Notes: generated from the letters alone by a model not told the origin. A stretch of 64,000 nucleotides of DNA from an uncultured virus (IMG/VR IMGVR_UViG_3300017754_004896) (IMGVR_UViG_3300017754_004896); one strand, 5' to 3'; positions 39,576 through 49,582 are shown, counted from the first letter of the stretch. Translations and numbers: made by a program.

Positions 39576-40288
39576 TTCGACAGTTCCCAAGTTATCCCCA
39601 AGGAATCCACCGGGAGGTTGGTATCAAGGTGGCGCCCTACGACCACGCGCCGCCAGCACTCCGCCCGGGCTCCATGAACCCGAAGTTTACCCGGTCGGTT
39701 CGAGGGCGGCAGCTGGCCGGTTCTCCGGATGGAATCGGGGACATAGACAGCATCAATTCGGAAGGAATCGACACCTACCCGAATGAGCTGGACGTGCTTG
39801 CCGCGGCCGATGATGTTGCCGGCAACGGGGTATTCGACCCCAACCTGTCTCACGGGAACGTGCATCCTGACGCGGGGGTCTTCGCGGAGCACCTGAGCCT
39901 GCCTGGATACGTGGCCCGAGACCGGTTCTACGCGCCGAGCGAGGTCCTGGACATCACGACAGGGCAGCCGGTGGAATACGTCCCTGGGGGCGCGGTGGCC
40001 TTCCAGGAGGGGCAGTTGGAAACGCTCCAGCAGCTGCAAGAGCTCTATGCCACCCCTCCGGAATCGGAGTGGAGGCCGCAGCAGGCAGCTCGAGTGGATA
40101 CGTGGATTCCCCAGGAGTTCTCGGAAGGCGTGAGCGGTTGCGGTTGCGCGCGGGGGACGGGGGCGGATCCGGTCACTCCTGCAGTTGCCCCCAAAGCGGA
40201 GGGTCTTCCTGTCTGGGCGTACGGGTTGATGGGCGTGGGCGCAGGGCTCGGGTTGATGTACCTCCTGAGCAAAGGCGGGAAGCGCTGA
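39572..40288 (+). CDS. Tail-anchored protein
   Basis: GIGD, SGCGC, GTGAD before the C-terminal TM. Confidence 0.8.
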   Translation: MIRQFPSYPQGIHREVGIKVAPYDHAPPALRPGSMNPKFTRSVRGRQLAGSPDGIGDIDSINSEGIDTYPNELDVLAAADDVAGNGVFDPNLSHGNVHPDAGVFAEHLSLPGYVARDRFYAPSEVLDITTGQPVEYVPGGAVAFQEGQLETLQQLQELYATPPESEWRPQQAARVDTWIPQEFSEGVSGCGCARGTGADPVTPAVAPKAEGLPVWAYGLMGVGAGLGLMYLLSKGGKR

Positions 40289-41370
40289 TGACTTACCGAA
40301 GCCAGTATGATGAGGCGCCGGAGGGGGTTCCCAACCCGTACCGGCCCAGGGTCCACAACTGGAAGGGCGGCCCGTACAATGAGGGGTCGTTGTATCACGG
40401 GCCTAACTATACCGAGCCCATGTTTGGATTGCCGCGAGTGGCAAACCCGCTCTGGCAGTATGGTCCCCCCGGGGTCGCAGGAATAGGAGAGACAGACATG
40501 TACAGAGACGTGAATACTCGGGGCGGCAGCTTTAGTCCTCGAGGGTATGGTGGAGGTATCTTCAATACCAACTCAGCAATTGGGGCGGACATTCTCCCCA
40601 TGCCCACGAGCACCGTCATTTGGGGCGTGCCAAACCCGGCATTTGGGCCAATCCAGGCCAAAATGAACAGTTTTCTTATCATGAGCGGTTTGCCTCAGAT
40701 AAGGACGGACGGGGTTCTGGACGAGAGCTATTGCGCGGCGGGAAGGTCGCTTCTGGCGCTTCCCTCCTTGGTGAAGCCCGGCACTACGAAGTTTGATGAC
40801 TTCGTTGCGACGCAGAACGAGGCGGAGAGGCCTATCGCGCTCGCCGCCGCGCTCCAGTGCGTTGCGAATGGGTATATCAAGCCTGATATGCTTCCGTGTG
40901 ATGTGCCAGGAAGCAAGAACCCGAAGTGCGGGATACCTGTTCCACCAGTGGTTCCGCCCGTGGTGCCCCCGAGCGGTACTTGTCCCCCTGGGCAGATTCC
41001 GAATCCGCTCGTTCCCGGCCAATGCTTGACGATTCCGGTTGTGCCGCCCGTGGTGCCTCCAGTGGTGCCTCCCGTGGTGCCTCCAGTGGTGCCGCCCGTG
41101 GTGCCTCCAGTGGTGCCGCCCGTGCTTCCTCCAAGCGGTACTTGTCCCCCCGGAAAAGTCTTGGATGCGGCAGGGAAGTGCGTGACAGCACCTACTGCGA
41201 AGTGTCCTGACGGGACGATTTTTGACGCGAGCACCGGGCTATGCAAGAAGCCAGCGCCCGCGGTGGAGAAGAAGGCCGAAACCAGTTACCTGCCGTGGAT
41301 TCTAGGAGGGGCTGCGGTTGTCGGGGTAGCTGCATTCGTCATCATGCAGAAGAAGGGCAAGGCTCGCTAA
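40288..41370 (+). CDS. Tail-anchored Pro-rich protein with (PPVV)n and Cys pairs
   Basis: TGATG coupling; AGIGE, AIGAD; C-terminal TM + KKGK. Confidence 0.8.
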   Translation: MTYRSQYDEAPEGVPNPYRPRVHNWKGGPYNEGSLYHGPNYTEPMFGLPRVANPLWQYGPPGVAGIGETDMYRDVNTRGGSFSPRGYGGGIFNTNSAIGADILPMPTSTVIWGVPNPAFGPIQAKMNSFLIMSGLPQIRTDGVLDESYCAAGRSLLALPSLVKPGTTKFDDFVATQNEAERPIALAAALQCVANGYIKPDMLPCDVPGSKNPKCGIPVPPVVPPVVPPSGTCPPGQIPNPLVPGQCLTIPVVPPVVPPVVPPVVPPVVPPVVPPVVPPVLPPSGTCPPGKVLDAAGKCVTAPTAKCPDGTIFDASTGLCKKPAPAVEKKAETSYLPWILGGAAVVGVAAFVIMQKKGKAR

Positions 41371-41870
41371 TGGCATACCGGATAATGGGGGTAAGAGGCC
41401 TAGGGGCCGCGGTTCCCTCGTTCAACTATGACACATACCTAGGTGTGCAGCAGGCGTTGAACTACCTTGGGGTTACGGACGATGCTGGTTCTCGTTTGGC
41501 AGAGGACGGCACCATGGGGTCCCGCACGAGACAGGCACTCGTCACGTTCCAGAAAATGTACATGATAACGGCGGACGGCAGCTACGGCCCCGAGAGCAAG
41601 GCGACGTTGCAGAAGGCTGTGGCGGAGAAGGCCAACCCGCTCCCCACGCCTCCAGACGTGAAGCCTCCTTTACCGGATGTAAAGCCACCTTCACCGGACG
41701 TGAAGCCCTCCACATGCCCTTCAGGTCAGGTTCTGGATTCTTCCGGGAAGTGTGTAGCTGGTCCCGTCAAACCAGCTGTTCCTGCACAGTCTAGCAACAC
41801 TATGCTGTACCTAGCAGGAGGAGCTGTTCTGTTGGGAGCAGTCGGGTATTTCATGTTCGTAAAGAAGTGA
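41370..41870 (+). CDS. Tail-anchored peptidoglycan-binding protein
   Basis: MAYRIMGVRGLGA; VQQALNYLG..EDGTMG..FQ..DGSYGP (PG_binding_1); C-terminal TM. Confidence 0.85.
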   Translation: MAYRIMGVRGLGAAVPSFNYDTYLGVQQALNYLGVTDDAGSRLAEDGTMGSRTRQALVTFQKMYMITADGSYGPESKATLQKAVAEKANPLPTPPDVKPPLPDVKPPSPDVKPSTCPSGQVLDSSGKCVAGPVKPAVPAQSSNTMLYLAGGAVLLGAVGYFMFVKK

Positions 41871-42385
41871 GAATAGACGTCATGTACAGAACCTACAACA
41901 GACCTCAACAGTACTTTGCCACCAATCGGATGTTTGGGCCGTACCTGCCCCCTTACCCCCTTCAAGGAGTAGGTGCAATCGGGCTAGGCACGGACTGCAG
42001 CGTCGCTAATACTAATCTGGCCGTATCCAAGTCGGCATACAATGCCGTGGCTACCGCTTGTAGTCAGGGAAGCGCGGACGATTGCATCAACCTGCCTTCG
42101 GTGAAGGCTACCATGGATGCAGCTCAGGCCGAGGTGGACACTTGCACGACACCGAAGAACCTGGACGTTCTTCCACCCCAGCCCAAGCCCCCAGAGCCGA
42201 TTCCTCCTCAGCCGATTCCTCCTCAGCCGATTCCTCCTCAGCCGATTCCTCCTCAGCCGAAGCCCCCAGAGCCGCCCAAGCCCCAGCCTGCAGCGGCGAG
42301 TGGCACTAACTGGATGCTTTGGATCGGAATCGCGGCAGCAGCCGGCGTGGTGGGGATTCTCGCTTTCGGAAAGAAGAAAGGCTAA
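41867..42385 (+). CDS. Tail-anchored protein with (PQPIP)n linker
   Basis: QGVGAIGLGT; C-terminal TM; alternative start ATG 41882 (MYRT). Confidence 0.8.
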   Translation: MRIDVMYRTYNRPQQYFATNRMFGPYLPPYPLQGVGAIGLGTDCSVANTNLAVSKSAYNAVATACSQGSADDCINLPSVKATMDAAQAEVDTCTTPKNLDVLPPQPKPPEPIPPQPIPPQPIPPQPIPPQPKPPEPPKPQPAAASGTNWMLWIGIAAAAGVVGILAFGKKKG

Positions 42386-42387
42386 TC

Positions 42388-42765
42388 ATGGGAGCGCTAC
42401 ACGGACCTGTTGATACGCTGCGGAACAAGCTAGGGCTCCCTGCGGGCGCGGGATGGTCTGGTGTGTCGAGCGCTGTGCTGATTCCCGCACAGCAGAGAGC
42501 CGGGCTCCTGCCTACGGGCAGATTCGACCCTCAAACAGCGCTCGCTTTCGGGTACTACTCAGACGACCAGATACTACCTGCGGATCAGCTCGCGTACGTG
42601 CGCGGGGGGCCTCAGGTAGGGTCATTCAATCGGGACCTGGCTACCGCTAGTGCTCAGATCCCATGGTGGGCATGGACGGCGGCGGGAGTAGGGCTGGCGG
42701 GCATCGGAGTTTTCATCTACATGAAAAACCGCAAGAAGCAGGCAGCCCCCTCCAAGAAGGTGTGA
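42388..42765 (+). CDS. Tail-anchored protein with degenerate PG-binding-like motif
   Basis: AQQRAGLLPTGRFDPQT; C-terminal TM + KNRKK. Confidence 0.75.
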   Translation: MGALHGPVDTLRNKLGLPAGAGWSGVSSAVLIPAQQRAGLLPTGRFDPQTALAFGYYSDDQILPADQLAYVRGGPQVGSFNRDLATASAQIPWWAWTAAGVGLAGIGVFIYMKNRKKQAAPSKKV

Positions 42766-42766
42766 C

Positions 42767-43684
42767 ATGGGCATCATAGAGACGCTGGCCGCACAGGTAG
42801 AACGTACGTTCACCGGCATCGACTGGGCTCCTTACCTCAAGAAGTACACTACCGTTGACGCGGCAGTGCTGAGCCGGGACTACGTTCAGGACTTGAAGGC
42901 GCTGTACGCTACGACACTCCCGATAGCAACAACCGTAGGGATAAATCAGGTAGCTTTGACAGTCGCGGATTATGGTGACTCGTACCAAAGTGTACAGAAG
43001 AGCATCGTTGATGCTTCTCCAGGGCTGTTTGAGGCGTTGCAGTGGAGGTGGACTACCACAAGTATTCCTGTAACGTTTTCTCCTAAGGCTTTGCGGGATT
43101 TTTTCATAGGTCAGTTCGCGTTGCTGAAGGCATCCAAGGAGATGCACGAGAACGGCATGATTTTCATGCTTGGGATGTCGTTGGCGGAGATAGGGGCGCA
43201 TGCTGATAAGGTGGCCCGAGCGTACAGGACATTCCTATGGTTGTACGAGCAGGGCTATCTGGACCGGATGAAGACGGACTGGGACAAGTTAGCTCCAAAT
43301 AAGTCTGCATCGGGGATAGGTTTCTTGCCAGTCGCTTGGTTGCCCCCTATGTATTGGGGGTTGGTTGTAATCAGTTTGGTAGGGGTTGCTATTATTTGTT
43401 ATGGAGTTCTATCCAATAACGAGATGGCAAGGCGCCTGAAAGCGCAGCAAGACATTTGCGCCAAACTAATCGAAAGCAAGGATCCAACCGCACCCGCCAC
43501 CTGCAAGGAAATGCTCGCTTTGCCGGCTAATTCCCCATTGGCCGCCCCTCAGAAGGTAGTAGAACAGACGGTGGCATCACTATCCACAGCGGCAACTGTC
43601 ATTGGTGTTGTGTATTTGGGGACGTTGGTGTTGCCGAGTGTTTTGAGTTCCATTCAGTCGGTCTTCACTAAGAAAAGCAAGTGA
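42767..43684 (+). CDS. Membrane protein with two C-terminal hydrophobic segments
   Basis: SGIGFLP precedes the first TM; ends KKSK. Confidence 0.8.
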   Translation: MGIIETLAAQVERTFTGIDWAPYLKKYTTVDAAVLSRDYVQDLKALYATTLPIATTVGINQVALTVADYGDSYQSVQKSIVDASPGLFEALQWRWTTTSIPVTFSPKALRDFFIGQFALLKASKEMHENGMIFMLGMSLAEIGAHADKVARAYRTFLWLYEQGYLDRMKTDWDKLAPNKSASGIGFLPVAWLPPMYWGLVVISLVGVAIICYGVLSNNEMARRLKAQQDICAKLIESKDPTAPATCKEMLALPANSPLAAPQKVVEQTVASLSTAATVIGVVYLGTLVLPSVLSSIQSVFTKKSK

Positions 43685-43694
43685 TAACTGTGTC

Positions 43695-44042
43695 ATGATA
43701 TATTCAAGGTGGAAGCCCTCCGGCGGGTATGATTACTTCCAGGTCAATCAGGAACTACCGATAGGAGACGACCCTCCACCTATGCATGTTCCCACTGCCG
43801 CAGGCAACATCGGAACGCCGGCCCAAGAATGTGGGTATCTGCTTCCTTCTGGGGCGGTCCAGATTGGTGCAGGTTCCGAGCCTCAAGGTCTGATCGCACC
43901 TACGTACTTCAAGTTTGCTCTCGGGGCTACCCCGGAAAAGCCAGAAGCATCGAAGGATTGGTCAACGAGCCCCCTTGTTTGGGGAGTCGCAGGCGCGGCA
44001 GCAGGGGGGTTAGTCGGATATATGTTGTGGGGGCGAAGATGA
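43695..44042 (+). CDS. Tail-anchored protein
   Basis: ALGAT before the C-terminal TM + RR. Confidence 0.8.
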   Translation: MIYSRWKPSGGYDYFQVNQELPIGDDPPPMHVPTAAGNIGTPAQECGYLLPSGAVQIGAGSEPQGLIAPTYFKFALGATPEKPEASKDWSTSPLVWGVAGAAAGGLVGYMLWGRR

Positions 44043-44605
44043 CAAGCCGCACACAGGATACGAGAGAAGAAGCCGTCCGCTTGTTCGAGACCTTCACAGC
44101 TCGAGGGCATCGGCGAGAGACCGAGATGCCCTTCAGCTGGCCTGCGAAGGTGCAGCGGGTGGGCGTGGCGGTGGCGGAGCTCTACCGGTCGAACAAGTGG
44201 AAGAGCGACTTGGCAGACTACGAAGACTATAAGCATATCGCAGAAAGTCCTCACATTTGCTATGTGGTTCCCGGGTTTCTTCGGCAAAAAGACAGTCCTT
44301 CGACTTCGTTGAAAACCCACGGAGCAACCGTATCGGTGAGCCGAATCATAGGCTCACCAGCCCCACAGCACTTTGCAGTTCTGGCGCCGCTTCTCGGCAT
44401 TCAGCTCCACCTTCAGGACGCACAAGGAAACCTTCTGCCCGAGGAGAAGGGGCTGTACGAGATAACGGTAGCGCACGCGCATCTAGGAGCAGCTCGTCCT
44501 GTGAGAGGTCGAGGAGCATTTCTCTTCGTCTACACGAAGGCAGGTATCCACATGATCATTGCCGGTAAGCAGCTGGACGTCCTCGCCGACGGAATCACAG
44601 GGTAG
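44039..44605 (+). CDS. Hypothetical protein in the structural operon
   Basis: ATGA coupling; YRSNKW..YKH..GITG. Confidence 0.75.
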   Translation: MTSRTQDTREEAVRLFETFTARGHRRETEMPFSWPAKVQRVGVAVAELYRSNKWKSDLADYEDYKHIAESPHICYVVPGFLRQKDSPSTSLKTHGATVSVSRIIGSPAPQHFAVLAPLLGIQLHLQDAQGNLLPEEKGLYEITVAHAHLGAARPVRGRGAFLFVYTKAGIHMIIAGKQLDVLADGITG

Positions 44606-44613
44606 GGGCCGAC

Positions 44614-45969
44614 ATGACATATAGACACTACCAGATTAGAGGTCTAGGGGTCGAAGCTTCCGCCAGTCTTCCCCTTCCTGCGGGTCTGTCTCCCGGAGAC
44701 ATATCCGCGGCGGGCAGCAAAGCCTTTGACCCATCGAATGTATTCGGGGCCGCGCAGCAAGGGCTGTCCTCAATGGGAGGAGACCCTTCGACAATTATTC
44801 TTGGGTTTGTCAAGGACTTCAATAAGGCTGTTGATGCCGCACAGAGAGAAGAGTACGGGGTACTATTACAAGCGGCGGCCCCCGCAGTAGCGGACGGACT
44901 TTGCAGCATTCTAGGGATGCCCCCCGGACAATGCAGCGGTGCGGCAAGAACCATTGGAAATATCGCGTCGGACGTCATCGACGTTCTGAAGAGCATATTT
45001 GCTGGCACTGACTGGACCAAGTATCACTTGGACAGCTCCGTCAAGTGGCAACAGGCATCGGCAGTCGTGATAGGGCTGGCGAAGCTGGCAGCCATGAAGG
45101 AGAGAGCGGCTCTGGGGCTGCTTCTGAATATGTGGAAGGAAGGGGTGCGGCGGAAGTACTGCAGTGACAACTTCACGGCACTTGTGCCAACGGCAGAGAT
45201 TGAAGCCATTTTCCTGAAGCATTATCGAGCGAACTCGTACCCGGACAAGGGGAAGAGAGAACTGCTCCCAACAGCCTGGGGTGGTCTGGCAAGAGATTAT
45301 ACCCACTTTGCCCAGTCTAATCAGAGGTTCTGCGTTCCTGGTGACCCTCACAGGGTGGAGCTGAACGCGAGGTTCCCGGGAAGCGCGCCTCCTGGGTATA
45401 TGATACCTGACATCTGGATTGATAAGTCTACAATCTTAGACTTGAAAGACCCCTATGCCACGCTGCAGAAGTACGGCAACGTGCAAGGAGGTCATTGTAA
45501 TCCAGAAAACTGGAACCCAGCCGCAATGCAGCCGCGCCCGTTCGAGGGTGAGAGGTACTTCCTGTACCTGAGCTGCATATATTACGCTACGTGTGCCAGT
45601 CATTCTCGTTGGGCCAACTTCATCCCCTGGTACACGAGCGACTTGAAGTCTCGTATCACCGACGTTGATATCGCTCTAGGGGAGTCAATGCCGGAGCTAC
45701 CGGCGCTTGTGGATAGCTGGGCGAAGCGGATGAACCTTCGCACTTGCGCGAAGGAGGCAGAGTTCCAAGCGGCCTTGAGCAAAGAGCGAGAAGCCAAGCG
45801 GATAGCAGAGGGGAAGGCGGCGGATATTAGAATCGCTGCGGCAAAGGAAGTAGCGGCGAAGGAAGCAGCCGCGAAGGTGGCAGCCAGTTCCGGTTCTTGG
45901 ACTCCTTGGCTCATCGGTGGAGCAGCTGTGTTAGGGCTGAGCTACTATTTTTACGCAAGAAAGCGGTGA
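44614..45969 (+). CDS. Tail-anchored protein
   Basis: MTYRHYQIRGLGVE; C-terminal TM + RKR. Confidence 0.8.
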   Translation: MTYRHYQIRGLGVEASASLPLPAGLSPGDISAAGSKAFDPSNVFGAAQQGLSSMGGDPSTIILGFVKDFNKAVDAAQREEYGVLLQAAAPAVADGLCSILGMPPGQCSGAARTIGNIASDVIDVLKSIFAGTDWTKYHLDSSVKWQQASAVVIGLAKLAAMKERAALGLLLNMWKEGVRRKYCSDNFTALVPTAEIEAIFLKHYRANSYPDKGKRELLPTAWGGLARDYTHFAQSNQRFCVPGDPHRVELNARFPGSAPPGYMIPDIWIDKSTILDLKDPYATLQKYGNVQGGHCNPENWNPAAMQPRPFEGERYFLYLSCIYYATCASHSRWANFIPWYTSDLKSRITDVDIALGESMPELPALVDSWAKRMNLRTCAKEAEFQAALSKEREAKRIAEGKAADIRIAAAKEVAAKEAAAKVAASSGSWTPWLIGGAAVLGLSYYFYARKR

Positions 45970-45973
45970 ATAC

Positions 45974-46258
45974 ATGTACGTGAAAGCGAGAGTACTAGGC
46001 GCGACAGAGGGCCCTACCCCCGAGCAGCAGCGGGCAGCGGCTGCCGCGTCCGCGGCGGCGTCCGCGGCAGTGCATGCGGAGGCTGCAAAGCACTACGCGG
46101 CGGAGGCCGCAGCCGGCAAGGCACTAGTGTGGGAGGCAGCGCCTCCAGCGACTTCAACGGCCCCTGCGGCCAGCAGTTCGACAACTACCTGGCTCATTGT
46201 CGGCGGGCTGGTTGTCGCGGCGGGAGCTTTCATGTACTTCCAAAGCCAGAAACGGTAG
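45974..46258 (+). CDS. Ala-rich tail-anchored protein
   Basis: MYVKARVLGAT; C-terminal TM + KR. Confidence 0.75.
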   Translation: MYVKARVLGATEGPTPEQQRAAAAASAAASAAVHAEAAKHYAAEAAAGKALVWEAAPPATSTAPAASSSTTTWLIVGGLVVAAGAFMYFQSQKR

Positions 46259-46275
46259 AAACCAGGCACGAGCTA

Positions 46276-46304
46276 TTGCAGGTGGAAGGCAATTCCGGTA
46301 GTAT
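46276..46304 (+). promoter_or_regulatory. Putative promoter TTGCAG-N17-TAGTAT
   Basis: Intergenic, upstream of the core-like and capsid-candidate genes. Confidence 0.5.
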
Positions 46305-46374
46305 GTCTTTCGCAAGTCTCGTTGCCGTAGCTGTTTCCGAGAGCTCCAGGTAACCGATTCACAGGGTTACGTGT

Positions 46375-48549
46375 ATGCCTCGGAAGAAAGTGTACGGAAT
46401 GGCTCGGAAAATCTCCGTGAAGGAGGCTTCCGGCTATGAACGATACTTGTCGAACCCTCTGGGAGTAACGGTCCTTGCGAAGGCGAACGGGATCGGGGCA
46501 AGTGTACGTACAACTTCGACGGGGAAGAGCAGAACTGCGCGGATGCGTCGAGCAGAGCAAGTACTTCGAGGTTCTAGTATGCGAAAAGTTCATAGCAGAG
46601 TGAAGGTACGTGGTGCGGCCATGCCGGCGCGGAGTGTGCGAACTGGGCGTTTCCTGAAGCGGAAGTCTGTTCGTAGAAACGAAGAGGGCGCGGCGGCTGC
46701 TGCGGCAGCACCTGCTGAGACATCCTCCGCACCGTCCCGTGCTGAGATTCGCGCTGCGGCTCTGGCAAAGGCGCGAGCTACAAGGGCTGCGAATATCCAA
46801 GCGAGGTATCCCGCGCAGGTCTCGAAAGTCGAAAAGAAGAGACATGTTTCGGTGCAGACAGCTTTCGGCCCCTATAAGCGGGTGAGGTTGACTGATCCAA
46901 AGACAGGAAAAGCTCGTCTTTCGTTCATGTATCGCGCCAAGGGGGGAAAGCTTCGGCACATTCCTAGGGAAGCTATTGAGAAGTTTTCTGTAGGGAAGGG
47001 CAAGAAGAAGCTTACCTCGGAAAAGATTATTGCGTTGCGGGAGGCAGAAAAAGCCCGCGTTACAAATCACGGCGGGGTGTTCGTCCCCAACAGGAGCAAG
47101 AAAATGCGAAGATTGAAGGTAACGAGGCGGCCCCGCCTGCGGATTCGCCGACGAGTTCACGAGAACTATGCTAAGGGCAGCCACCTAACTGCAGCTCAGA
47201 AGCAGAAGCACGTTCGTGGTGCAAAGAAGTACTGGAAGAAGCCCCTCAGCAAGGCTGCCAAGACCCATATTGCACATATCAAAGCCGCAAATGCGAAGCG
47301 GAAGAAGTCCAAGAAGTCCAAGAAGGGGACGCCCTCTGCGATGAAGCGTGCCATTCGTCGTGCGCATGAGGGGTCGAAGCAGAAGCCCGCAAAGCAAGCA
47401 AAGAAGGGCGCGCGAATGGTTGCGAATCGGAAGCGTGTTCGCAGGACCCGAAAGCATGTTGTGCGTCAGGTGCATGAGAACAAGCGCCGTCGCGTACATG
47501 CGAAGCATCGCAAGATGCATCGCAATGCCTACTTCGCGAACCTCCTCGAGGTGTTGACGAGTGGTGCGATTGTCAGCGCGGGCTTCATCACTCATCGCGT
47601 GATCGTGAACCTCGTCAATGACATGCTTCTGTGGGGTACCGACAAGGACGGAAAGCCCACCGGCATGCTTGCGAAGATGGCTGCGACCGCTCTTGAGAAG
47701 GCGACGACAGACGCGGACAAGAAGAAGGTGACTGACACCTATTACATGTATGCGAGGCTCTCGAAGCCCGTTTTGGGCCTCGTGACCTTGGCTGCCGGCG
47801 TGCCCCTCGCGGGTGCAGTGCTCCCGAAGTATCGCATCCAAATCGGAGGCGGTATGGTGGCGAGCATGTTGCAGCAGTGGATCGTCAGCGGAATCTCTGC
47901 TATGGCAAAGGAGCCTAACGATTCCATGGCTATCGCGGCCAGGGAACTCAGTGGCTACCCGGCGCTTGAGGGCCAGGCCAGCATCATGCCGCAGTACCAG
48001 TCCATCGGGGAGTACTTCGTACCCCAGGTGTCTGGCGTAGGCGAGTACTTCACCCCGGCGGTTTCGGGCTTGGGTGCTTACACCCAGGCGGCAGCCGGTT
48101 ATACCCAGGCAGCAGCCGGTTACACCCAGGCAGCAGCCGGTTACACCCAGGCGGCAGCCGGCGTGGGCGGTTACCGGCAGTCCACCGGAGAGTACTTTGC
48201 TCCGGCTGACCTGCAGGGAATCGGACAGTACGAGGGTGCCGGCGAGCAGGCGCTTCTCCCTTCGAGGGTCGCAACCTCGATTGATGACGGCATCCGGCCC
48301 GATGGTGACCTAGATCACATCCTGGACCTTGCGGAATCAGCTGCTGGCGTGCGTGGGACCGGCGAATACTTTGCCGCCTCGCAGACCAAGGGCGGGTTCA
48401 CCGAGAGCATCGTGCCCCAGCAGTCTCAGTGGATCCCACAGGGACCGCTCTGGGCGGGAACTCTCGAGGTCAAGGACACCCCCGGCACCAGTGAGTTGCC
48501 GGCCGGGATTCTCGCCACCGCTGGCGGGAACGGGGTCCTCTCGTCCTAA
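46375..48549 (+). CDS. Highly basic core-like (DNA-condensing) precursor with hydrophobic and repeat domains
   Basis: First ~385 aa Arg/Lys-rich; hydrophobic helices; GEYF and YTQAAAG repeats; acidic C-terminus. Confidence 0.8.
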   Translation: MPRKKVYGMARKISVKEASGYERYLSNPLGVTVLAKANGIGASVRTTSTGKSRTARMRRAEQVLRGSSMRKVHSRVKVRGAAMPARSVRTGRFLKRKSVRRNEEGAAAAAAAPAETSSAPSRAEIRAAALAKARATRAANIQARYPAQVSKVEKKRHVSVQTAFGPYKRVRLTDPKTGKARLSFMYRAKGGKLRHIPREAIEKFSVGKGKKKLTSEKIIALREAEKARVTNHGGVFVPNRSKKMRRLKVTRRPRLRIRRRVHENYAKGSHLTAAQKQKHVRGAKKYWKKPLSKAAKTHIAHIKAANAKRKKSKKSKKGTPSAMKRAIRRAHEGSKQKPAKQAKKGARMVANRKRVRRTRKHVVRQVHENKRRRVHAKHRKMHRNAYFANLLEVLTSGAIVSAGFITHRVIVNLVNDMLLWGTDKDGKPTGMLAKMAATALEKATTDADKKKVTDTYYMYARLSKPVLGLVTLAAGVPLAGAVLPKYRIQIGGGMVASMLQQWIVSGISAMAKEPNDSMAIAARELSGYPALEGQASIMPQYQSIGEYFVPQVSGVGEYFTPAVSGLGAYTQAAAGYTQAAAGYTQAAAGYTQAAAGVGGYRQSTGEYFAPADLQGIGQYEGAGEQALLPSRVATSIDDGIRPDGDLDHILDLAESAAGVRGTGEYFAASQTKGGFTESIVPQQSQWIPQGPLWAGTLEVKDTPGTSELPAGILATAGGNGVLSS
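48079..48162 (+). repeat. 21-bp coding repeat x4 (YTQAAAG)
   Basis: TAYACCCAGGCRGCAGCCGGY units. Confidence 0.9.
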
Positions 48550-48705
48550 GTTCAAGCCGAGGGCCAAGTAGGCCCGCCCTAGCCCAGGAGGTTGCGGAAA
48601 ACCGCTTCCCTGGGCTCAGGGCATTGTAGATGATCAACCCCTAAATCGGGGGGTCCGTGACCTCCTAAACAAACGAGAAATTTAGGGAACAGGAGAAACG
48701 ATACA

Positions 48706-49494
48706 ATGGCAAAACTAACTAACGTGCGTGAACGAGTACATCAGCCCTTCTACGATACGCTCGTTCGTACTGCAGGTCTTTCGAATCCGGCTGTTCAGGA
48801 CAGCACGAACCTGTTCAGCAATCAGAGCCGCGTGGGCGACCTGTCTGCTCTGACCAACCTCCCGAATGGAAGCACCCTTCCTTCGGACCAGAGCTATGTT
48901 GTTCTAGCTCTCCGTTGCCCCCTCTGGTTCCGCGCTCCGACTGTCCGTGGCACCCTGACCGGTGGCATTGGCATCCTGTCGGCCAACGGCGACTTCGAGA
49001 AAGCCGGCGCCACGGGCAACAACATCCAGACCTTCTTCGGGGCGAGCGGCGCCGGTTACGGCAATGCTCCCGGCGACTGGCACGACGTCTTCCGTCTGTA
49101 CATGCAGTCGGTCGAGCAGCTGCACTGGTCGTTCGGAACGGGACAGAAGGAGAGCATCTCCAACCTTCCGAGCTCTTACTTCCCATCGGCCAACGGCCTC
49201 TGGGGAGCGCTCGGCGGTGTTAGCGATACCATCCTCCTGAACAACGGCAACCCCACCAACGCCGCTTTGCTGCGTCTGGGTCGTGCCATCCTGCTTCCCC
49301 CGCGCCAGAACGTGCTCTGCACCGCGCGCATTATCGCGCTCCCCGGTGCCACGGCTTCGATCAACCCAGGCAACGTTGAGTCCGTCAACGGCCGCAACTA
49401 CCTCAGCCTGAAGGACAACCTGAATGCCGTTGACGGCGTTCAGAAGTACATCGGCTGGTACATGGACGGTCTCTGGGCCCGCGACGTGCAGTAA
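48706..49494 (+). CDS. Candidate major capsid protein (jelly-roll inferred)
   Basis: AGGAG SD, strongly C-ending codons, flanking hairpins; QPFYDT..TNLPNGSTLP..YVV beta pattern; the CDS is secure, the fold is inferred. Confidence 0.6.
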   Translation: MAKLTNVRERVHQPFYDTLVRTAGLSNPAVQDSTNLFSNQSRVGDLSALTNLPNGSTLPSDQSYVVLALRCPLWFRAPTVRGTLTGGIGILSANGDFEKAGATGNNIQTFFGASGAGYGNAPGDWHDVFRLYMQSVEQLHWSFGTGQKESISNLPSSYFPSANGLWGALGGVSDTILLNNGNPTNAALLRLGRAILLPPRQNVLCTARIIALPGATASINPGNVESVNGRNYLSLKDNLNAVDGVQKYIGWYMDGLWARDVQ

Positions 49495-49514
49495 TCTCGA
49501 AATAGAATACTGCA

Positions 49515-49582
49515 GCGCAGGGGCTCTTCCCGCCCCAAGGAAGGGCTGGGCGCCTAATCGGGGTCCAGCCTTTTCGCTTTTG
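49515..49582 (+). terminator. Possible terminator/attenuator after the capsid candidate
   Basis: GC-rich stems (GGCTGG..CCAGCC) followed by TTTTCGCTTTT. Confidence 0.4.

Noticed and set aside
37636..44038. Long upstream starts in the ORF track (37636, 39135, 40069, 41241, 42319, 43829)
   Set aside because: They overlap upstream genes; downstream ATGs, mostly coupled to the preceding stop, fit better
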